Below are positions 1 through 9,794 of a stretch of 64,000 nucleotides of DNA, in pieces; positions within the stretch are counted from its first letter, which is position 1; each line of letters opens with the position of its first letter. The translations under genes and the position numbers were made by a program. The notes beneath the pieces are model-generated. The model was not told the DNA's origin, did not search any database, and saw nothing but the letters and a program-made list of their open reading frames with translations. Source of the stretch: Podarcis pityusensis (Eukaryota); assembly GCA_964106645.2 (NCBI GenBank), contig OZ067043.1; one strand, given 5' to 3'.

Positions 1-1407
1 GCTAAAGATTAATTTATCAGGACGTAATGACTCCCATTTCCCCAAACCACAGTTTGCCAAACTGGGGGGTAAAGGAGAGTTTAATAATAATAAAAAAAGC
101 CTAAACAGTATGTGGCAGAACACAATTAAAAAAAAAAATTCCAAATGTATATAATGATAAATACAGTGCCAGTTTACAGTCTTTTATAGGAAACATACTG
201 TGTTTCATTTCAAGGCACCACTGCATGTAATGAAGTACCACTGGTAGAACTAACTCATCTGGAGGGAAACACAGGAGCAATAGGACCTCATGTATGGACG
301 TATTCAACTAAAGGAGGCAGCTTTCCTAGCCCTTCCCCTTTGCTCATCAAATTTTGACTGGGAATTCTGAACGGCAGGGCAGGGCTCAATCTTTGGCATA
401 TGCTACTATGCAAAACATAGATATACATGGCTGGTGCAATAACCATCATCTGAGACTACTGATGGGTAGAACTCTGTCCCCACAGGACCCCTCACAGGAG
501 GAAAGGAGGGAAGCCATTGCAGATTCTTCCTCTCCCCCTCCCACCCTGGAAAGTTTCTCCAAAGCGCCAGATGACACTCCAGAACAAGGGGGAGGGCAGG
601 ATGAGGCCTTCCTCTAGTGAGCAGGAGGAATCCTTCTATTTAGATGCTTCACATTCACTGAAATCACTGTTATGGAAACAGCATGAAATGGACATGTAGA
701 CTGCCAGATGTGATCTCACTCACTCACATATACAGTGCTTGGAAGCCATACATATTAATTTGCTGCTTGCCTGCTGACTGTAATCATATTTCGAAGTGGT
801 AACTACATTGCTGGGTGGTCCAACTTAATAACCCATGACTTGCTGATCAAACCAGGATGACCCTCACAAATGAGTCAAGTAACCATGGCTGGTGCTGTCC
901 AATGTTGGCTTCATTTTCTGACTGCTCCTGCCTCTTGTTTTGTAGGCATAGCTTCATAAGCCAGCTTAAAGCCATGGTTTCACAGTCTGGTTTGTTGGCC
1001 ACGGGCAAACCATAATTAGTTGGCTGGAATGGGTGGTTCAGAGATGCAAGCAAAGCACAGCAGTGAAGCTAAGCAAATCATGGCTTAGCAAGACAAGCGA
1101 ACCATGGTTTCTTTTCTCTATTTTAATTGCCTCGGTTTGGAACCATTTATACCTTTTGTCTTTGAAAGGTATGTCACATCTCAATATGCCGTACTGTGTA
1201 CCTTTCCCAAGTTTTGTCAGCTCCAAAGCTGCCATTTCTCTATGTCTAGTTCCCTTCCCCCACCCTTTTATGATCACATAGCACCCCCTCCCTCTCCCCT
1301 CTCTGCACATATCAATGATTCCTTCCCAGAAATAGCTTGAAAGAGCCTAACAGGCTCTGTGATTCAAACCCCGGTTAGCATGAAGAGTTGGTGTAAGGAT
1401 GACTCAC

Positions 1408-1509
1408 ATTGTCATTCTGGAAGGAATGGAGGAAGTTGCCTCCCAGTTCACCATCATCTCGTGGAGTGCCGGGAGGATTGCTAATGCCACTTATGTTGTT
1501 TGGAGAATT
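1408..1509 (-). CDS. SSBP3: SSBP3 coding exon (exon 17 equivalent), [34 protein letters not shown], 102 nt; the terminal exon lies outside the window
   Basis: Acceptor ccctgcag, donor AAT|gtgagt; recognised C-terminal SSBP3 peptide. Confidence 0.97.
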
Positions 1510-1914
1510 CTGCAGGGTTTTTTTTTGTTTTAAAAAGAAACAACAGACCACACAGAGATACACATGCAAGAAGTGAGTGTGTGCCTTTTCGAGTATGCTG
1601 CGTACTAGCAACTGCAACAAAAACATATTGTTCTACAATGGAAAAAAGATCACACGGATAGCTAAATATATATGAGAAAATGACTTGTGTTTGATGACTC
1701 CCTCACAGGGCTAAGAGCAAAAGGAGGGGGGGGGAGAAGAGGGAGAAAATGTCCTTGCACTGGTGAGCAGAGGGCAGAAAAGAAGGGTAGAGCTTCAGTA
1801 CTCCTTCCCTGGCCCTACCCCCAGGGTCCCATATTAACCCCCCAACATAGTTGTTATTTTGTCCATGAAAGCAAGAACAAAAGAACACGGCCCAGTCTAA
1901 GAATGCAGACTTAC

Positions 1915-1943
1915 TTTTGGAAGTCCATCTATGTCTCCTGACC
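1915..1943 (-). CDS. SSBP3: SSBP3 coding exon (exon 16 equivalent), (G)SGDIDGLPK, 29 nt
   Basis: Long pyrimidine tract with AAG acceptor (tttcacaag), donor AAA|gtaagt; phase 1/0. Confidence 0.95.
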
Positions 1944-3303
1944 CTTGTGAAAGAAGAACAAAAGAAAGAAAAGAACGGTAGGCTGTTAGTGGGGGATAGC
2001 TGATTTCCTTGCTCTTGATCAGGGTCCCCCCCCCATCAGCTCTCCCCACTCCCCCACCCCCGTTCCGCACCAAAGTGTCCGGTTCCTGAACCATCATCCA
2101 GAAATAAGACGCGGCTGCAAAAAGCTCTGCCTTGGCCTTCCCGGAAGCAGCTGGCAGTACATTAGTGAGCTGCAGGTCACAGCTGGGCTAATGCAAACCT
2201 CTTAACATTTGCCTCCAGAAAGGGACATGCTGGGGTTGCCTCAGCTGCCATTCCTTTGCATGCAGAACTCCCGGGAGCAGAGCCCCGGCTCACCTTCCTG
2301 CACGGCACTAGAGTAATGGCCTAATCGAGTTGCTACGGCCTCGGCTCCCTCCCGCGAGCTTCGTGACACTGATCAAGATGGAGTATAGCACCTCTACTTC
2401 AGCAAGATGTATAAGGCAAACATAGGAGGTTAATGGGTCTTTCTGCTGCTTTAATTAAAACACTCGTGCCACGGTTAGGTTGATGCTGCCGCTTCGCCTT
2501 TATCCATCAACAGGAGCCTGGCAAAGCCTGTGACCAGCAGTCCCTGCTCTCTGGCTACTTTCCTATGCTGAGTGTGTCAGGAATGGCCAAGTCCTCACAA
2601 GACTGGGCTTTGTAGATTACCGGCACTGAGCAAGTCCCCAAAGCTCTGGAAACAAACAGGATCCGCACCACAAAAACAAATGCTGAAAGCACACATCAGC
2701 CAACAGGCAGAGTCTTAGGAGCTCTGAGGTCAGAAAGCATCTGCTACAGAATTTTGCAGAGTAACAGGACAAAGGCCCCAGGTGTGGAGTCTAGCTAGGA
2801 CTAGGGTCACCCCACCACCTTTGCAAGGGGTCCTTGCAAGGACCGATACCTGTACTAATCCCGGATTCAAACATTTCCCCCCTAGAGTGCAGTGCTGGGT
2901 GACTGCTATTTTAATTTCAACCATACACCCGAAGTAACCCTACACCAGGGTCACTGCAAAAAGCAACAATCAAAGCAATTTGTGGTTCGCTGCATGTCCT
3001 CCCAGGGTTCTGTACCAAGGGTACTCTAATTCTGGACCCAAATAGATTATAACATATCTTAAACAACTATTCCACTGCCTGGTGTTGATCCCCCAATCAA
3101 AAATTCTGCATTCCCACATTAACATAAAGCAATGTTTTCAGCCAGGAACAAGTACATGAAAAATGTTAAAACATGTTTGTGATTGCACATCCTATACAGT
3201 TAAAATGACAAAGTGCGCAACTAGAACTCATTTTATCACTGCTGGTTCTGGGATGTCCCGTGAGATGATAGTCCAAAAACGCTGAATATTGCTGAAGTCT
3301 TAC

Positions 3304-3382
3304 CTAATGAGCCATTCATGTGATGCGGCTCCATCCCACCCATGCCTCCCATTGGGCCATCTGAGCCAGGTCCCATGGGGAA
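3304..3382 (-). CDS. SSBP3: SSBP3 coding exon (exon 15 equivalent), [26 protein letters not shown](G), 79 nt
   Basis: Acceptor (tttc)n-tcag, donor TAG|gtaaga; phase 0/1. Confidence 0.96.
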
Positions 3383-3385
3383 CTG

Positions 3386-3386
<1 letters not shown>

Positions 3387-3426
<40 letters not shown>
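3387..3426. repeat. (GAAA)10 microsatellite forming the polypyrimidine tract of exon 15
   Basis: Direct reading. Confidence 0.97.
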
Positions 3427-3428
<2 letters not shown>

Positions 3429-5118
3429 GCTGTCAGTTACCACACATCACTCATATTATAAAATATCCAACATACAATATATTAGCTAGATGCTTCAGAA
3501 CACCAATGGCAGCAATGCTCTGCAAACTGAGGTTTCTGAATTCTGTTTAAAACACAAAATAATGAAAAGTTCTTTAGGAAACAACAGTTTGCACTGAAAA
3601 CCCACCATCGCCCACTGGGTATGTGTCTTCCAAATTGAGGAGGTTTGATACACACCCTGTCTCTTCGAAGAAGCCATTGATCTATTGCATCTTGTACCAC
3701 TCCTGTGGGCAGACTCAGTCCTGACAAGGAAGTTGCAGAGAACTCTGCTCTTCTCTTTTGGATCAAAGTGGACAGCCAAATGGAGCAGCTGCTGTCCAGC
3801 TTAACACATGGTTGTCTGGGCATCTGATACTGTTGGATGGCCTACGCCCGGCCATGCCACAACTACAGTACTTTTCATCTGTACAGAAATTTTGCTACCA
3901 CCCTCTACTTCAGCACCATGTGTGGGCAGTCTGGAACCCTTCGACCACAAACTACTACTATATGCAGGGTCCATATAAAAGCCATCTCCAACTTGCCATG
4001 TGCAAACCAAGGGAGGAATTCAACATAGCATTAAGCAAATTTTTGTGCTTGCGTGATGAAATGAATGCTCTGCCTTCTCTTCCCCCTGCAGGTGCTTGTG
4101 GGTGTTTTCCTGATCCCAACAGAGCCAGTTTTGTGGGCACAGGAGGAGGAGAGGGAGGAAAGCTAGCGGAAGTCCATACATGGGCTTCTGCTGGTGGGGC
4201 TCATTTGCTGAATCCTGCCCTTAAGTGACAGAAGTAGTGCAAGAGGTGGAAGTTCTAATAACATGACTAATCCAGGCCTCTGAAATCTCATCTGCCAAAA
4301 TGTTTCAGTTGCCAGTCAAGATTTCTTTAGGCTCCATGTCATCTAATTGTACCCCTGCCTTTCATTCAAGTTACATAAGGAAGCACACGCTGGATTCCTT
4401 GACAGTTTTCTATCCAAATACTGGCTAGGACCAGATTTCTTTAGCTTTAATGGATTAAGCCACAACACCTGTATTTAGACCCCAGTTGTTTTTTATTCTT
4501 GCAACCATCAGTTTGCTTCTCCTAACATCCCATGAATTAAAACCCTGAGATTTAAGTGTTTGCTCCTCCTCTGCCTCCTCTCTATTCTGTATTCCATCCT
4601 CTTTGGACAACGTTTTCTGAGAAATGGACAGGACACACTTTAAGCAATCATCCAGCTACTGGAGTTTAAACTAGTTCAGTCTGAAAAACTAGGTCTGAAC
4701 ATAGAAGTATTCAGGAAAGAGCTGCCCTTCCCCAATAAGAGCTGCTTATCTGAAATATTGGGCTGGCATTGTCCTGAAGACAAAAATCTGGCAGGTAATC
4801 TTAACAGAATCTCTTTGAGATCAGCTTGAGTAAAAGGTGAAGAAAGGCCCGGGTGTCAGCTGTGTCTCCTTTAAATGCAACCCCGCTAACCAGCAATGTG
4901 CATGACAATCTTGACCAGAGCTGCGTGAACGCCGCTGTTTTAATAAGCGTAAAAAATTAACAAAGTCGCTGAAGAGTTAATCACTTTTTGATGGTTTGTT
5001 TTATTTCTGTTTTGTAACAAATGGCTGAAATCAATTAAACTGCTTTACCCTCAACTGATGAAGTTAATTATGATTTGTTATGGTATCTGATATGTAAATT
5101 ATTAGAAAGCAGACTTAC

Positions 5119-5189
5119 ATTCGACCGACTGCCTCCAGGCGGTACGGGATTAATCATTGTGTAGATGTTGTCACTTGAATTTGTCGAAT
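5119..5189 (-). CDS. SSBP3: SSBP3 coding exon (exon 14 equivalent), (D)STNSSDNIYTMINPVPPGGSRSN, 71 nt
   Basis: Acceptor actgttctacag, donor AAT|gtaagt; phase 1/0. Confidence 0.96.
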
Positions 5190-5692
5190 CTGTAGAACAG
5201 TGAAACCCACTAAGTCAGGGTGATTAATTCATTTCTTAATTAAAACAAACTCATGCCACTTGAACTCATTCTTTTGTATTTTATCACCTAAAATTCTCTC
5301 TAAGTACCACCATTTTCTGGCTAATTTGTATTTAATGAAGATTCACAAAGTTTTTAATCACAGAAATTCAACTGTGAAAAGAATTCTGCTACTAACCGAG
5401 AATATTGGGGCTTTCTTGCCAGGAGTGGTGTAGAAAGATAATTTGCTGCCATGTGTCGCATAACACCTCAAAATTAGCTGATGCAATTATCTTACTACAA
5501 CATCATATTTCATCTTTAAAAAAATAACAAAATACATGGATGACATTTAGTCACAATATTTTTTTTTATTTTTTTTTAAAAACAGAAAACCCAATATTTT
5601 TCTTAATAATGAAAGCACTACAAGACAAGTGTTTAATTGAGGGGCAGAATACAAACAAAAATACACAAATTACAAGCAGGCAATGGTGACAG

Positions 5693-5717
5693 GAGAGAGA
5701 GAGAGATAGAGAGAGAG
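5693..5717. repeat. (GA)n microsatellite
   Basis: Direct reading, one interruption. Confidence 0.9.
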
Positions 5718-6892
5718 GGAGGAGTGGTGCCTACATTAACATATGGATTGTTTTATTATGACCTAGTCTGAAATGTAGGTCAGAGTTCTCATATAAATGC
5801 AAGAGCAGGAAGGCAGTGGTAATACTACACTGAAGCTCCACCCCTGCAGCTGTGGTACACGAGAGTTACACGCGGCATGGCTTACCTCCCCAGAGCCACC
5901 ACTCCCCCTGCTTTTATTCTTGCCACCGACACATGCAATGTATAGTAAATCACCCTTGCAGGCCTATCAGGAATATTCACCGGCCCCAACACTGACACAC
6001 ACTCTCTCTTCCTCCCCTCCCACTTTACTACGATGGAAATACATGGAAGGGGGGAGGGAATTTTACTCAGCCTCCTGGGGAGTGAGCACCGTTTTACAAA
6101 GTGGAATTCACTCCCAGTACAAATATGGCAACACGACAACACTGACCTGGACAACAAAAAGAGATTTGTGTAGGCCTTCCTGGTGCTAATATTGGGCAAC
6201 CCAAGAACAGAACAGCCCTAAAGAAGTTGGGGTTTTTTTTAAAGGTGGGTGGGACTGGCTTAAAAACAACAACAATAACCCTCTTTAAACTTCTTTTGGA
6301 TATCTGGAGAATGTTCCTACTTAACTTCTACAAATCCACCCCTCCCACAAATGATTTTTCCTTATCTACCAACATAAAAATAGGTTTTTAAAAAATTACC
6401 GGAACCTCTCCCAACGTGTCAAATTTCACATGGATAATTCATCAAGGGACGCAGCGACCTCTTTCACATGGCTTACTGGGAGCTCAAGGCCGAAGTACGG
6501 TGCGTGCTGCCTTCCACCCCTCAGGAAAGGCTTTTGGTGCAGCCAAATCTCCCACTAACCCCATTTCTCATACGCCTCTTGCGGGGCTCCCTCATGTTTT
6601 AAGCCCTGGCAGAATAAAAGCCATCAGCACATGGCTGGCAGCAAGGGCAGGGAAAGAGGAACAGAAGACAAAACCTCTCCCTTTGAAAAGAGTCGGGTTG
6701 CTTTACAGCAGCTGCGCCCAATCAATAGCCAAACAGTGCATCGGTGGCATGCAGATTGTTGCTGTTGCGACCTTAAATAAAATCCAGCAGCAAAGGAAAC
6801 CTGCTAAGCTAACCCAACCATTACCGGGCTCTCAATTCTCTTTTAAAAAAAATAAAAAATGGGAAATTAGTGCTGCTTTCTTTCACCCTTAC

Positions 6893-6947
6893 CTGCGGGG
6901 CTAGGCATGATAGGTGTTCCAGGAGGACCTCCGCCACCAGGGGGCCC
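6893..6947 (-). CDS. SSBP3: SSBP3 coding exon (exon 13 equivalent), GPPGGGGPPGTPIMPSPA(D), 55 nt
   Basis: Acceptor atcttgtcaacag, donor CAG|gtaagg; phase 0/1; PPGTPIMPSP family motif. Confidence 0.96.
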
Positions 6948-7760
6948 CTGTTGACAAGATTAAATACACATCAGGAACCACTGTGATAACACAGCCTGCA
7001 ATAGGTCAGCCAGATCCTGCTGCTGTCAGCAACAATGTCTCACCTTGGTATTCAGCCAAGCATTAATCTCCTGCTAAAACCTTTGATGCACTCTTGTAGC
7101 CAAAGTGCAATTTCTTTGTTTAAGCCTCGGGAAAAATGAAGGTTTTACTGAGGAGCGGGGGGGGGGGGCACATCTGTGCAAGGACCACATACCAAGTCTA
7201 TCTGCCAGGGTAGTTAACAGGGGGTATTCTTTCTATAACCTTCACATCTGCAGAAGGTGCAAACAGAAACGGGCAACTCAGCACGCTGCAACGTACTTCT
7301 TGGATGTGCCAATGGGACGATCTCATTCCAGAACAACTAGAGGAGTGTGCATTCAAAGTTCTCCACCGACACACAAATTGTAATCACCGTGCGAAATGCG
7401 TTCTCGAGACCCCTTAAACACAGTTACACCACCAGTGCATCATTCGCACAGCTGGGGTCGCTAAGGGATTTCTTTCCCTACTTTTGAGGCATGTTCAAGA
7501 CTGGGGGGGGGGGCGGCTTTTAACATGCTTTATTCACATTGTCTTGAGGAACAGAAAGGAGCTTCCTCAGAAACCATGCAGCTTGGACTTTTTAGAATTC
7601 TTGGCCTCACTGCAGAAGCGAATACACAAGGTACGGAACCAAGTCCCTGCAGGCACTAGTATCCTGAGCTAGGATTCCTATTTGTGTGCACGCAAACACC
7701 AAAATATTGAATTGTATGGTGGACCGGCATGTCATGACCCATAAAGAAATATAAACCTAC

Positions 7761-7796
7761 CACGTATGTACCAGGCGATGAAGAAGAGTATGGAAT
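7761..7796 (-). CDS. SSBP3: SSBP3 coding exon (exon 12 equivalent), IPYSSSSPGTYV, 36 nt
   Basis: Acceptor atcttcttgcag, donor GTG|gtaggt; conserved SSBP-family PYSSSSPG motif. Confidence 0.95.
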
Positions 7797-9533
7797 CTGC
7801 AAGAAGATCAGAGCATAGGCATTACTTGATGAAATATACCAACTGTACAGGGAAATGAATCCTACAGGTGATGACTGTAGGCCAAGAGTCCATACAAATA
7901 AATTTATTATTATTATTGAATTTATATACCGCCCTATACCTGGATGTCTCAACAACTGTTACCTGTGTTCAGGAGATGGATGCAACACATACAACCCAGA
8001 TAACATCATTTCAGTCTTATTGTTTTTTTAAAATGTTCAGAGAACCCAAGATAGGAGCAGAGGGACACTGGAGCACATCCCACCATCCCACTGGGAAGGC
8101 ATAGCTGTCAACTTTTCCCATTTCTTGTGAGGAATCCTATTCGGAATAAGGGAATTTCCCTTTAAAAAAGGGAAACGTTGACAGCTATACTGGGAAGGGG
8201 AATCAACACATTTCAACAGAGATTCAGGAACCCTCTTAAAAGATTGTACACAAGGGAGGGCAGTGGGAACAAGCACACGAGATCTGTCCCCTGGCCACCA
8301 TTGGATGGCAAATGTCTGAAGCCGGGAGATTCCTGTACTTGTGGCAGTTCCCCAACCATTTTAGAAGCCTGATATTCTGGGGTTGGAAAACACGCAAGAG
8401 TCTCTACCGGCACACGCAGGTCCCGCTAACTGAACACTTGTTATGCAAAAATTCGCTTAGTTGTGCCCAAACTTTGGTATACAAACGGCTGATTCAGATA
8501 TCTGAACAGCTGGACTTGTGAGAATGGTGTTGCTTAATCGTGAGCTTTATTTTCAACGGTGAGCCTGAAATTTTCCTACTGTGTATTTGAGCCCACAAGC
8601 AAAGCCTCTTCCTCAGTCGTTGAGATGGGGGCCAAGTCGCTGTCCCTGAGCGGCAAAGAACATGTCAGAGCCAAGCCCACAGAGTGCCAGCCAGGTTGGC
8701 AGCTGGGACAATGAGGGAGACACCAAGGATGAAGAAAAGGAGGAGGAGGAGCTTGGCTTCCTCCAGGACTGAGCGAGTGAGTTTCGTCACTGCAGTAGCT
8801 GGTGGAGGAAGAAGAGGATTTGGTGCCGATGCTGGCCTCAGCTTCATCATAGGCTTCACTCTTTGCCTAGGCCTCAGTGCCAGAGGAGGGCGAATAAAGG
8901 AGGATAAAGAGGTGGGGGCTGCACCAGCGGAGGAAGATCCTCAGCTCAGTCCCACGTGCCTTCCCTTGGCTGTCCTCATGGGCTCATGAAGTGACATTGT
9001 TGACCAACTAACTCACTGGTTAGATTCAGGCAAGGGGAGTGGAACTGGTTCAAAAATGGGCAGAAAAGGGGTAGGCCAGTAGCACTTATCAGAGATGGAG
9101 GAAGAACTGGGGGAGGGTGACGGGGTGGAGAGACCATGCTGGTGTAGATATATAGTAGGAAAATGTGGTGTTTTTCCTGTTGCCTTGTTTTATCAGGGAA
9201 CGCAGTGGGTTTTCCCAATAGAAAACAAAGGAAATGATTGACTCGTTAGGCGAATGCTAGCCTAACGAGCCATTTCTCAGCAACACATTATGCTTGGAAA
9301 GCAGGACCTATGTGTACAGGAGACTCCCTGATTCAGACTTTCTCCCTCCAACTCATGAAAGGAGACTGGAATGGTGGCTGCAGTGTGGGCCTAGTTAGTT
9401 TGGTTGTCCCCACTCACCCTGACAGTAGAATGCCAGAAGATGGCAAATGAGAGGAATTCAAGTACTACAGGAAAACTAAATTATGAGGGCCAAGTTTACA
9501 AGAACAAAGGCATTCAAATAAATGGACACTTAC

Positions 9534-9582
9534 TGAATTAGCGCTGTTGGGATTGGGCCATGGTCTACCAGCTCCTGGACCC
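9534..9582 (-). CDS. SSBP3: SSBP3 coding exon (exon 11 equivalent), GPGAGRPWPNPNSANS, 49 nt
   Basis: Acceptor ttttctctcaaactccag, donor TCA|gtaagt; phase 2/0. Confidence 0.96.
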
Positions 9583-9705
9583 CTGGAGTTTGAGAGAAAA
9601 CAAGCTTTCAGCATGTACAGGGTGACAACGTGAAGCCAAAATGATTTCCACATCTAGAATTGTAAGAACGTCAACGGAAAGCCAGCAGCATGGCAGTTGC
9701 CTTAC

Positions 9706-9770
9706 ATGTTAATCCCAGGCATGCCGGGCCCTAGAGAGTTGGGTGGAGGTCTCATTCCGCCGCCATAGTT
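9706..9770 (-). CDS. SSBP3: SSBP3 coding exon (exon 10 equivalent), NYGGGMRPPPNSLGPGMPGIN(M), 65 nt; extends to 9794 with the alternative acceptor
   Basis: Acceptor tcattgcag, donor CAT|gtaagg; phase 0/2. Confidence 0.96.
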
Positions 9771-9794
9771 CTGCAATGATAACCAAGGATCAGT
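9771..9794 (-). CDS. SSBP3: Probable 24-nt in-frame extension of exon 10 (alternative 3' splice site), TDPWLSLQ
   Basis: TAG at 9795-9797 is the first AG after an ACTAAC branch-point motif (9861-9866) and a ~60-nt pyrimidine tract; the extension is stop-free and frame-preserving; resembles the SDPWLSLQ insert I recall in paralog SSBP2. Confidence 0.75.

Noticed and set aside
700-760. Possible terminal SSBP3 exon (YSPSMTMSV*)
   Set aside because: Only superficial similarity; no frame gives the peptide and there is no acceptor, so the last exon should be left of position 1
1944-1946. AAG acceptor of exon 16
   Set aside because: Uncommon but permitted; it follows a strong pyrimidine tract and gives the correct frame, so nothing anomalous
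3758-4228. 156-aa plus-strand ORF (and the similar 162-aa ORF at 6416-6904)
   Set aside because: Antisense intronic frames with no protein-like motifs or splice support; expected by chance
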